Below, in pieces: positions 41,775 to 52,000 of a stretch of DNA of 64,000 nt. How positions within the stretch are numbered: the stretch's first letter is position 1; each line of letters opens with the position of its first letter. The DNA is from a virus: the IMG/VR virus record IMGVR_UViG_3300009164_000039. One strand, 5' to 3'. Made by a program: the position numbers and the translations under genes. The notes below the pieces were generated by a model. That model saw only the letters and a program-made list of their open reading frames with translations, was not told the origin of the DNA and did no database searches.

Positions 41775-42227
41775 TTAGTCGTATGTAACATCATTCTGGA
41801 TATCGTTGCGTAACTGATCCAGTTCGTCTTTTATATTTAGCCCTTCTTTGAGCAAAATGCTCTGCACTTTTAGCTCTGCAAGTATCATTGACAGCAGTTC
41901 TGTTTGGTAGGCTAGATTTCCGTTGCGCTCTGCGGCATCGTTGTTTTCCAACGGCTGCAATACTGCGTCTGTTTCGTAGTAGACATTGAGTACATCTGTA
42001 TTGCTCTGAGTAGCTGTGCTGGTGGAAAGAATAACCAGTGAGCCTGCAGAGTTGCTGGCCATTCCTAGCCCAGGTGCACCTGCAATATACAGCGGAACGT
42101 TTTGGGTGATATTGATCACTGCATACAAACGTGTGCGGTCAAATGCTGGAAAAGTGCTAAAATCCAGTGTGCCTGTGCCCGATGCGCCTGGTGTAAAAGC
42201 TGGGTTGTAGTTTAATAGTTGTTTCAT
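41775..42227 (-). CDS. Virion adaptor protein (150 aa)
   Basis: N-terminal domain homologous to the N-terminus of the 1334-aa protein; coiled-coil C-terminus. Confidence 0.65.
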   Translation of the reverse strand: MKQLLNYNPAFTPGASGTGTLDFSTFPAFDRTRLYAVINITQNVPLYIAGAPGLGMASNSAGSLVILSTSTATQSNTDVLNVYYETDAVLQPLENNDAAERNGNLAYQTELLSMILAELKVQSILLKEGLNIKDELDQLRNDIQNDVTYD

Positions 42228-42235
42228 GCTTGTCC

Positions 42236-42469
42236 TTAGAGTGCCAGCTGATAGGTCATCATGGTGACCAGAGTTGGCACTATTTGATTATTTACATAGA
42301 TATTACCAGTCACATTCACATTGGCTGCGGTTACATTTCCTGTGTAGTTTATGCTGGTTACACTGCTGACTGCCGCAGGTCCCCAGGCGTTTTTGGTGCT
42401 GTTGTACACATACACCACACCGTTGATTGTTGTTGTAGATCCGTTTGCGGGGTTAGTGGGCCATGCCAT
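42236..42469 (-). CDS. Short fibre-type protein (77 aa)
   Basis: MAWPTNPANG...NGVVYVY...W fibre module; hydrophobic C-terminus. Confidence 0.65.
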   Translation of the reverse strand: MAWPTNPANGSTTTINGVVYVYNSTKNAWGPAAVSSVTSINYTGNVTAANVNVTGNIYVNNQIVPTLVTMMTYQLAL

Positions 42470-42497
42470 GTTTTAGTTTCCTATGTTGTATTTATGG

Positions 42498-44573
42498 TTA
42501 CATTATTCTTGTGGTTACAATAGCACAGCTAGAGCCCGTGACTGTTTGCATATAGATGATCTTATACACACGTTGCAGATCTTGGTCTTGCAAGATTGCT
42601 GTAACCGTATCGCCCCCGCTGCCTAGCGGACCGTTAACACTACCAACAAAAGTAGGAACAGTTGTGACTGCGCCGCCGGTGCTGGTGTTGCCAAAAAACT
42701 TGCCTCCAGTTAGGTTTGTGATCGCACTCCAAAAATAGTTCATAGTACCGCTTACACTACTGAATGCCGGAACACCATTTGCAAACACGCTGGCACTCAC
42801 ATTGTCAATGTTGGCAAAAGTTGTTCCTCTGGCCACATTGTAGCCATTTTTTGCCGCGCCAGTAGAAACGTTGCCCAGTGTCAGATTGGCATTTGTGATA
42901 ACCACATTACCAGCATTATCTATTGATAGGCTTGTGGTAGCGCCGGCACCAGTTGTGCCAACAGTAAAGGTTGATCCGTTTATTGAGAACGGTGCATAAG
43001 CAGACCCTGCACTATTGAGACTGGTAATATTATTTTGCCCAGTGGTGCTGCCAACAGTGAAAGCCCATTGGTCTCCAGAGCCTGACCCTTTCATGGTCAG
43101 TGCGTACTGGTTGCCTGTGCCACTTTGTGTAATTGTTGCCGAAGAAGCCGATAAAGTATTGAGTGTTGTACCACCTGATACTATGAGATTGCTGGTGAAT
43201 ATGTTAGCCCACTGTGCAGTGGTAGTGCCAATGTTATAGATTATATTGCCATATGGTGTGATGTTGCCCACACTCACATTGGATATCAATGCACCAAGCC
43301 CGGCCACTGTGCTCACGCCTGCGGTGCTGTAGTCCACCCAGTAGTTACTAGAACCATCATAAACACGAGTGTAGAGAGTATCAGTAGAAGTGTCGTACCA
43401 TAGATCACCTTGCTTAGGACCAACAGGCACTGTGGCCTGGGTGGCAAAACTGATTGCTACAGGTTGGCTTAATTTGTCAACCCAGTAATAACTGGTACCG
43501 TCTGTGGTCCACTGGTACAAGGTGTCAGTTGATGTGTCATACCATTGATCGCCAATGTAAGGACTGGCAGGAGGTGTTGCGCTCTGTGTGGTATACGAAT
43601 TGACGTAAGTTGGAATGGCAGCACCAATGGTGCTGGTACCGCGATAGGTATTGCCAGACAACAGTATGTTTCCAACTTTGAATGTGCCAAGAGATGTTGA
43701 TGTAAACACGCCACCAACATCTGAGCCTTTGTCCTCCCATACTAGGTACCCAGTGGGATTGTCTCGTCCAAGGAACGCCGCTGAATCCACTGTGTCATAG
43801 TAGTGCAACTTAAGGCCAATGTCTAGTCCGTCATTGGTGACCAATGGTGTTAAGTCAGTGGGACTGTGCAGGTTGATAATACTGTCTTGGATACTCAGAT
43901 CAAAGCTGTTGGTAATAAATGTATTGCCTAGTGTGGTCAAGTTGCCCACAATGACCACGTTGCTGTTGAATGTGGACACGCCGCTAACTGTTAGTCTGCC
44001 AGTGGCAAATAAATTACCTGCAACACCGACACCACCTTTTACTACCAATGCGCCGGTGCTGTCACTTACTGTTGCTGTGGTACCAGCAACTGTTACATTG
44101 CCTGTCACATTGTCATAAACTAGATTGGTAGCACCTGCAATGAAACCTGAGTTGTTGTACTGTACTGATTTGTTTGCACCGCTGACTGTGGACGCAGTGG
44201 TTTGAAAACTTATGCTGGTACTACCCAGTGTGATCGGGTCTGGTGTGACCAATCTGTACTCTGTACCTGCGTAAGTTCCTTCTGCCACAAAGGTACGCAT
44301 GCCTGCTGTAACGTATGCACTGGCACTGGCATCAGTTGCACGAATCCAAGTTCCGTTTGACCCTGTACCTAGTGTTTGTACAATGTAGATACCATTTTGA
44401 CTGCCTGTGCTTTGTGCATTCACAAGAACGCGATCGCCGGATGCAAGCGTAACACTGTCATAGGTACTAGGGGCACCGCCCGATAATGTAATGTTGGTGG
44501 TTGTGACTATGCGGCAACTGGCCTTGTAGTCTGTGTCAACAATATTACTGTATTTTGGTCTGGTTAATCCCAT
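42498..44573 (-). CDS. Tail fibre protein (691 aa)
   Basis: LASGDRVLV..Q.TGSQNGIY, GDQWYDTSTDTLY repeats, beta-helix-like Gly/Thr/Asn composition. Confidence 0.8.
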   Translation of the reverse strand: MGLTRPKYSNIVDTDYKASCRIVTTTNITLSGGAPSTYDSVTLASGDRVLVNAQSTGSQNGIYIVQTLGTGSNGTWIRATDASASAYVTAGMRTFVAEGTYAGTEYRLVTPDPITLGSTSISFQTTASTVSGANKSVQYNNSGFIAGATNLVYDNVTGNVTVAGTTATVSDSTGALVVKGGVGVAGNLFATGRLTVSGVSTFNSNVVIVGNLTTLGNTFITNSFDLSIQDSIINLHSPTDLTPLVTNDGLDIGLKLHYYDTVDSAAFLGRDNPTGYLVWEDKGSDVGGVFTSTSLGTFKVGNILLSGNTYRGTSTIGAAIPTYVNSYTTQSATPPASPYIGDQWYDTSTDTLYQWTTDGTSYYWVDKLSQPVAISFATQATVPVGPKQGDLWYDTSTDTLYTRVYDGSSNYWVDYSTAGVSTVAGLGALISNVSVGNITPYGNIIYNIGTTTAQWANIFTSNLIVSGGTTLNTLSASSATITQSGTGNQYALTMKGSGSGDQWAFTVGSTTGQNNITSLNSAGSAYAPFSINGSTFTVGTTGAGATTSLSIDNAGNVVITNANLTLGNVSTGAAKNGYNVARGTTFANIDNVSASVFANGVPAFSSVSGTMNYFWSAITNLTGGKFFGNTSTGGAVTTVPTFVGSVNGPLGSGGDTVTAILQDQDLQRVYKIIYMQTVTGSSCAIVTTRIM

Positions 44574-44619
44574 TGTCTATTCCAAAGTTTAATGTATTTA
44601 TGGGCCAGAAGCACATAGC

Positions 44620-44644
44620 AAAAAAGCACCCGAAGGTGCTTTTT
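44620..44644. terminator. Intrinsic terminator (potentially bidirectional)
   Basis: A6-gcacc-cgaa-ggtgc-T5. Confidence 0.85.
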
Positions 44645-44663
44645 CGTGGTCTCTGTGGCCGGA

Positions 44664-47600
44664 TTAAGCCTGAGATTCTAGGAACGTTACTTGCAAGTCC
44701 ACCTGCGAGTTAAATGTACCAATTGGCACAATGTTAAACGCAACAACTTCTGGACCATTCGGGAATGTTCCATAGCCTGGAAGAATCGCACCACCAATTT
44801 CCTTAACTTTTGACAAGTCAACAAAACCAGCACTCACACCAGCAATTGGAATACTGAACAACTGTTCACCACCTGTTGCAAACGGTGTGATACGATCTGC
44901 AACACCTTGTGCAGAACGCACGTTACCAAAGATAATGTTTTGGTTAACAGTACCATAACCAGTGTTGGCCACAAACTGTGTGAAGCTTGGCTGGTTAAAT
45001 GTTGTTGGCTGATTCAAACGTCCCCAGTTGGCTGAACGAATGTTCTCTGGGTTCACAATGCCTTGCAACAAGCAACGCATGAATTGACCGCTTAGAGAAA
45101 TATAACAGTTCTGCAACAGCAACTGAGCGCGGTTAATAATGTCCTTCACACCCAGGTCACCTGTTAGACCCGATGTAATACTTGGTGCTAGACGCATCAA
45201 GAACAGTGTGAACGGATCACCTTGAGCAATCTGTTGGTTAACAACCTGGTAGTTGAACTGGTATGTACGATCAACGTCAAAGTCACCGTCTAGAATAACA
45301 GCCGAACCCCAGTGGTTCAAGTCTGGTGCGGATGTCACACTGTACAAAATAACACTTGCGTTCACTGCGTGTGTTGTGGCTGAGCCTGCTGTGAGTGCGC
45401 GGTTGGCACCCAAGATCCAAGGACGGTATGTTGCACCACGAACGCAACCTGTTAGGTTACCAGTGGATGTGTTGATACCTGTAAAGCTGATCAATTCATT
45501 GTCAACTAGCACATAGCCAGGATAGCTGGCGTTGGCATCAGTTGATCCTGGGAAGTCATCCACACTGTACAACTGAATTTCAGTGTCTGTACCGTTAGGG
45601 ATCACAGTCTTCAATTGACCAACTGCACCACGGTTGGTAGCTTGATAACGAGCTGGCAAGTTACCAGAACGCATGTAGCCTTCGTCGTTCACGTTGTTGT
45701 TTTTCAAGCGGTGAGCCCAGATCAATTTACCGTCTGTGGCTCTCATGCCCCAGTCAACAAAGCCTGCGCCGTACCAGGTGTACTGGATGGCAACCATCTG
45801 CATTTTGGTCAGATCCACAATGTATCCTGATGGTCCTGTACCGTCCATGCGGTCCTGGTTGAAGAAGGCCTGGCGTGTGCGTGTTTCACGGATCACGCTG
45901 ATTGCGGCATCTTGAGCGTTGATAGTGCCTTTGAATGCCGGTGTGCAGAAGAATGTGTTTTGATCCTGCACGTTGATCACAGAATAAACCATACCTTTGA
46001 CATAGATGTCATCGCCTGGCTTTAACTGATCTCTAAATCGAGTATTACTGTCACCTGTGACTCTGTTGTCGTCACGAGCAATGTTCACACGACCTGCAAT
46101 GTTGTTGGTAACACTACGTTTCACAGCCCACAAGTACTGTCCATCAAACTCCCAGAACACACCGTTACCTGCGTCAAACATACCGTTACGAATTCTAGCA
46201 CCGTGCCAGTTACGCACAACCACACGTGGAGGTGTTGTTGCGCCTGTGTTGCCCAGGAATACTGGTTGTGTGCTACCCAGTGTGGCAGTCACGTTCACTG
46301 TGAATGTTACAGGACTTGTTACGCCAGCCACACGATAGAAGCTGTTGTATCCTGTGGTGCCCAGGTTGTACAAACTTATGTTGGCACCTGCTTGCACACC
46401 GTGCTCACCATCAGTGGTAATGAAAATAGTTTGACCAACTGCGGTACCAGTTGCGCTAATGTTGGCAATGGTAAACACAGGGTTAAACTGTGTACCTGTT
46501 GTGAACATCATGCCTTTACCAGATTGATAGCGGAAATATTTCTTGGTCTGACGTGCTGTTTCGTAACCGTGTGCTGGAATGTTGGTACCAATGTTTGTAC
46601 CACCATCAAACGGACGGTGACGTACCAAACTAGAACTAAACACTGTGATGTTAGCATTGGTAATCGAGTTAGGTACTGACGCACCGTCTTTGCCCTTGAA
46701 GGTAAAGGTGGTTGTGGTTGGAACTGACTCAACAATAAAAATACCTGAACCGTGTGTGTCGGCGTTGGTACCACCAATCAGTGCTGTTTCAAGCGCAACA
46801 CCTGGCAACAAGCCGTGTGGGTTGATGGTGCTCACAGTGAGTAAACTTGGAGTACCAGCGTTGGATGTGATTGATTTGAAACGAATGTTACCACCGGTGT
46901 AAATACCACCACGGCGGATTTCAGCTGTTTGGTCATTGAAGTTCAGCTGATATCCAATTGGCAAGTTGGGGTTGACTTTTGGATAGTAACCCATGTAGTT
47001 GATATCTTCAAGACGGTTTTTGTACACGCCTTCAATGTTGGCTGAGTTCAAGCCAATTGTGCTCACATAAGCATTGGCGTTGGACACTGTGCCACGTACC
47101 ACGCCGTGAGCGTTGGCATTGATCAGCACTGCTGGGTTGGTTACGTTACCAACCACGGCTGCACCAGTTAGTGTGATAAAGTGACTACCAGATGGTGCAC
47201 TGGAGATTGGGCTGGTACCAAACGCACGACCCAATGGGCTGGTAAATTGTCTTGCAATGGTCTGTGGTGTTGGAACGTTGTTGATCTGTGATGTCTGTGT
47301 CATTTTGACAATTTCAACGTTGGCACTCACGTTACCACGCATGTTCACAACAGAAACAATACTGTTGGTGTTGAACTGCACGTTGGCGTTGGTATTGAAC
47401 CAGCCACGTGTGACGTTCAATGTGCCGGTGGCTGCTTCAACAGAGTCCACACGCATGATTTCAATTGCTGAGTTGGCAAAGTTGGTTGTAACGTTACCAC
47501 TTAGATACATGATCTTGGCGCCAATGGCAATGTGAGCATTACCTGCGTTGGTACCCCACAAGCGACGAGTCACGCCATGAACACCAGCAGATGATGTGTG

Positions 47601-48668
47601 AACACTCATGAGTTCCCAGTTGTAACCAGCTACACCTGCTTGTGTTCCTAGTGTTTCAACTGCAACAACTGAGTTGGCTGTGATAACTGCGTTGGCAGTC
47701 AAGAAGTTATCAAGTGCACCGGTTACCGCAGTGGCAACGGCTGCAAAGCCAACACCGTCCGGAAGACCAGCAACTGCAATAATGTCGCCTGCAAAGAAGC
47801 CAGTGGCATTTGCCACAGTAAAACTACGCTGGTACTGTCCACCGTTGGCCTGTGTGATTGGCGTTGGCAGTGTGATATATGATGTTCCACCAACTTGTAC
47901 GTTTGGTGTACCAGACTGTGGACACAATGCATCGCCTGATAGTCCTTGTGCCACAATCATCTTGTAGTCATTGAGGTGGTGTCGAGGTCCAACATAGGCA
48001 TAGGTAGTACCAGCACCACCGCTCAAACCAGCTGGGCCAGAAATCAAGTAGTCTGTACCTTGATTGGCTGCGTTGATTGTGACAATGGTACTGGCAGTTG
48101 TAACAGTGCCTGGATGGATGTTACCACCAGATGTGGTAGTGTTGGCGCCACTTGTTAAAATTGTGCTGTAACCAAACAAGTTGGCAGTAATTGGCGTACC
48201 AGGAATTTCATAAAAGGTAGGAATATTACGGTACGCACTAACAGATGCCCACTTGGTTGATTGTAGACCATACTCAAAGTCAGCGTCAATCAAGCTACGT
48301 GGAATACCCACCCGTTGACGCTCAACTGCATCAATACCAAAATCATGAGTGCGGATTCTTTGTTCTGCGCTTTCAACAAAGATTTGCAACACATCACCCG
48401 ATGACATGGCAACAGGAGAGTTTGTGTTGTATGTTAAAGTTAGGGTAGTAACACCTTGTTGAGCACCTGGAAATGTAGTGGTATCATTTGCGTTGTATGC
48501 AATGGTTCCACCGCGATTTGGATCCCCAAAGTTGTAAATGACTGTGTTACGAGTCACGTTGGTGATCATTAGGATGTCATGCAACGCATATGGATCCTGG
48601 AATTTGATCGTTCCTGCACCGCCTACACCTGGTGTAAAAACGTAATATTGTATTTTTTTTCTGGCCAT
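44664..48668 (-). CDS. Large virion structural/fibre protein (1334 aa)
   Basis: SLIDADFEYGLQ.TKW, RQTKKYFRYQSGKG, YTWYGAG motifs seen in large T4-like phage structural proteins. Confidence 0.8.
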   Translation of the reverse strand: MARKKIQYYVFTPGVGGAGTIKFQDPYALHDILMITNVTRNTVIYNFGDPNRGGTIAYNANDTTTFPGAQQGVTTLTLTYNTNSPVAMSSGDVLQIFVESAEQRIRTHDFGIDAVERQRVGIPRSLIDADFEYGLQSTKWASVSAYRNIPTFYEIPGTPITANLFGYSTILTSGANTTTSGGNIHPGTVTTASTIVTINAANQGTDYLISGPAGLSGGAGTTYAYVGPRHHLNDYKMIVAQGLSGDALCPQSGTPNVQVGGTSYITLPTPITQANGGQYQRSFTVANATGFFAGDIIAVAGLPDGVGFAAVATAVTGALDNFLTANAVITANSVVAVETLGTQAGVAGYNWELMSVHTSSAGVHGVTRRLWGTNAGNAHIAIGAKIMYLSGNVTTNFANSAIEIMRVDSVEAATGTLNVTRGWFNTNANVQFNTNSIVSVVNMRGNVSANVEIVKMTQTSQINNVPTPQTIARQFTSPLGRAFGTSPISSAPSGSHFITLTGAAVVGNVTNPAVLINANAHGVVRGTVSNANAYVSTIGLNSANIEGVYKNRLEDINYMGYYPKVNPNLPIGYQLNFNDQTAEIRRGGIYTGGNIRFKSITSNAGTPSLLTVSTINPHGLLPGVALETALIGGTNADTHGSGIFIVESVPTTTTFTFKGKDGASVPNSITNANITVFSSSLVRHRPFDGGTNIGTNIPAHGYETARQTKKYFRYQSGKGMMFTTGTQFNPVFTIANISATGTAVGQTIFITTDGEHGVQAGANISLYNLGTTGYNSFYRVAGVTSPVTFTVNVTATLGSTQPVFLGNTGATTPPRVVVRNWHGARIRNGMFDAGNGVFWEFDGQYLWAVKRSVTNNIAGRVNIARDDNRVTGDSNTRFRDQLKPGDDIYVKGMVYSVINVQDQNTFFCTPAFKGTINAQDAAISVIRETRTRQAFFNQDRMDGTGPSGYIVDLTKMQMVAIQYTWYGAGFVDWGMRATDGKLIWAHRLKNNNVNDEGYMRSGNLPARYQATNRGAVGQLKTVIPNGTDTEIQLYSVDDFPGSTDANASYPGYVLVDNELISFTGINTSTGNLTGCVRGATYRPWILGANRALTAGSATTHAVNASVILYSVTSAPDLNHWGSAVILDGDFDVDRTYQFNYQVVNQQIAQGDPFTLFLMRLAPSITSGLTGDLGVKDIINRAQLLLQNCYISLSGQFMRCLLQGIVNPENIRSANWGRLNQPTTFNQPSFTQFVANTGYGTVNQNIIFGNVRSAQGVADRITPFATGGEQLFSIPIAGVSAGFVDLSKVKEIGGAILPGYGTFPNGPEVVAFNIVPIGTFNSQVDLQVTFLESQA

Positions 48669-48700
48669 GTCGGTCTACCTTTATCCTTTAATATCTTTAT

Positions 48701-49003
48701 TTATGAACCAAACACCACAGTCATAACATCTATGTACTGTTTTGGTTGTACTGTGTCTGCCGCAGTGCTTAGTGTTGCTGTTTGGGACAGCGTGATATTG
48801 CCCCCAACTGTCATGTTATCATATCCAACGGCAGAACTACCAAAACTTACGTTTCCAGTGGTGATGATGTCTCCGTTTCCTGCAAACATCTTGATCGAGC
48901 CCATGGTCACGTTGCCCGTTGTTGTCAAGTCGCCTGCTGTTGCAGTAACGCTCAATGCACCTACTGTGAGTCCTTGGTCAATTACAAAATTGCTATTTGC
49001 CAT
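48701..49003 (-). CDS. Short fibre-type adaptor (100 aa)
   Basis: F.IDQGL.VG N-terminus, QPKQYID, hydrophobic C-terminal VVFGS. Confidence 0.7.
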   Translation of the reverse strand: MANSNFVIDQGLTVGALSVTATAGDLTTTGNVTMGSIKMFAGNGDIITTGNVSFGSSAVGYDNMTVGGNITLSQTATLSTAADTVQPKQYIDVMTVVFGS

Positions 49004-49034
49004 ATTTGTGTTCCATTATTTGTTATTTATTCAA

Positions 49035-52000
49035 TTAAACAGCCAATCGCTCAGCAATCACTTTCACAGTGTTGCCCGACGCTGTACCTGTGTAACGTAC
49101 TTCAATATTTGCGCCAACAACCAATGCTGTCACTGTGCCCAGTGCTGTGCCACTGGTGCTGATCAATCCGTATTGTGTGCGGTATGCAGTTGTGCCGTCG
49201 TGTACAACCAGTACCTCACTGGTTTCGTATGTGCTGCCATTTGTAACTTGAATTATGTATTTGGCAGAGCGATAAACTGCCTTGTCAAATGTGTCAATAG
49301 CCACTGCACTGGTGCTGACTGATACAGGGCTTGGTGTTGCGTTCCATGAACCATCTGTTCCAATCAGTACCTTGTACTGTCCTGCAGACACTGTGGAACC
49401 TGTAATTTGAACTCCACCGTTACTTGCAACCACTTCAACATAACCGTTTTGACTTGACAATCCAGAAATGCTTGATGTTGTGGCAAATGTACGAATGTCA
49501 ATCACATCGTCCACTGCCGGAGCTTCTGTGAATGTCAATGTCACGTTATCAACAACAGATACAGAGTAAGCCAAGGTTGGAGTTTGAACCACACCGTTCA
49601 GTGTTACCACCGTGGAGTTGGTTGTGCTTTCTCTGCTGAGTGTGTAAACAGTAGTTGCCCCATCGCCGTTGAACTGTTGATCAGTTACAACTGTGATACT
49701 TGAACCTTGTCCAGCAATCCAGCTGGTGCCGTTGTAGTATTCAATGTCGTTGCTGATAGTGTTGTAGCGGATCATACCTGCCACGTCACTGAAACCAACC
49801 AATCCTGGACGCTGTCCTGTGGTACCTATTGGCAACAGCATAGAGTCTGTTGAGTTGATTTGTAGTTTAGAACCTTGTACCAAGTTGGCTTGAACAGCAC
49901 TGTTACCAACCAACACTTGGTTGTAGGCAGCGCCAGTAAAGCCCCAAATCAATGTAGCATCATTTCCGCCACGTACATAAAAGTCTTTGCCTGCTGATTG
50001 CAAGTCGTTGACTCTCATGCCCAGGCCAACATTTAAGTTGCCACTGGTGCTGATACCACCGTTTACGTACAATGCACCTGTTGTGGTGTTAGTGCTGACT
50101 GTGGAATTGGCCACACGCACTTGACCGTAGAATTCTGAAATTTGATTAGCATCAACACGAAGTGCTAGAGTGCTTGCACCGTTGTCCTTCTTGGTCCAAA
50201 GCTGAGCTTGTCCACCAATACCACTTGCGGCTGCTGTAGTACCTTGGTTGACATAACGCCATGCACCAATCTCAGCATAGTTTGGTGTGCCACCTGTCCA
50301 GGCATACGCACCATAGATACCGTTGAAGTCACCGTCTTGTGTAACATCCGGTGCGCTTGCTGTGCCACGGCTAGTACTTACGGTCCATCCCTGTGCTTGT
50401 CCAAGAACGTTGGCGCTGATAGAAGAATTTTCTAAGTAGCTGTCACCTTGGTAGCGAATGTTCAGTGTGTCTGTGCCTTGACGCAACAAGTTGTTTTGTG
50501 AAGAGTGTCCTAGGCTCAATGCAACAGTAGCAAACGTATTGCTGGTTGTGCGCTGGAAGTTGTAGGCTTCGTTCTTTTGATCAACTGTGACGTTACCGCT
50601 TGGGCTGATAAACAATGCACTGTTGGCCAAGAATGCACTCAGCTTTAGGTCTTGTCCAACAGTCGCAGCAGTGAAGCTGGCTTGACGTGGTGTGGTGTTA
50701 CCAATATACACGTTGTCAACAGTGCTGGTGGACCCGCCTGGATTAACAGTCAATAACTGTGTGGGTTGGATCTGTACTGTGCCAGTTGGGTTCAAGTATG
50801 CAGTTTGTGTGGCCTGCAACACCGTGAATGTACCACTCTTAGGAGTAGTCTGACCAATAAACATGTTGTCCAAATTACCAGCAACTGTTACTGGGAATAC
50901 GTTGACCGAACCTGTACCACTTGGCTTTAATTCAATCTGTGCATTGACGCCGCTGGCTGTTACGTTGTTGTCAGTTACACTAGAATGGAAGTAGGACAAT
51001 GCGCCGGTGCCAATACCACCTTTAACAACCAATGCACCAGTGGTTTGTGAACCAGATGCTGTGGTGTTGCTTAACCATGCACTACCAAATTGTACGTTAC
51101 CGTATGTGCCAGAAACCACGCCGCCTGTTTCTGTAGCATTGTCAATGTACACAAAGTTCTGTGTGCTGTTCTGGAAGCCAAAGAATGACTGACGATCATT
51201 GCTGATGTAGTAGTGATTGCGAATACCAATGTCACGACTGTCATTGGTTGACAATGCTGCCAAGTTAGCAAATGTATGCAATTCTATGATTGAGTCATTG
51301 ACTGTGATGTTTTGTGCATTGACTGTTGTGGTTTGTCCAAGCACAGTCAAGTTGCCTGTAACTGTCAAGTTAGCGCCAACATACAAGTTGGCCGCAACAC
51401 CCATACCACCTGCAACTACAAATGCACCAGTTGCTGGAGATCCAGATTCAACTGTACTAACGATTGTGGTTTTGCCTGTGTTGTCAATTGTGATACGTGG
51501 GTTACCTTGACCGTCTGCAAACAACATGTTGTTGTTGCTTGTGGCAATGGTGTTACCGTCATGGCTACCAATGATAACATTGTAGTCACCGCTGGTTACC
51601 AAACTACCTGAATTGTAACCGAAGAATTGGTTTTGTAGACCAGTGCTTGCTAAGTTTAGACCAGCGTCTGCACCAATCACAGTTGTGTTTAGTCCTGGGC
51701 CAGCATAACCTGCTCGAGCACCGTATGCAGTAATGCTGGCTGCTGTGGCAGTGGTATTGAGTGCTTGATAACCAACCACAGTTGCGTTAGAACCAAATGT
51801 TCCTGTCTGGCCAATTAACTGACCAATTACAACACCGTTTGTGCCCAGTGCGCTGGTGGCTGTGTTGCCACTCATCACAATACTTGTTTGTGTGGCATCA
51901 AGTACCAGTCGCTTGCTTGCCAATCCCAGTGCGCCACCAACGTTTAGGTTGCCACCAATGCCTGCACCACCTTGCACTGTAAATGCGCCGGTGTTGGCTG

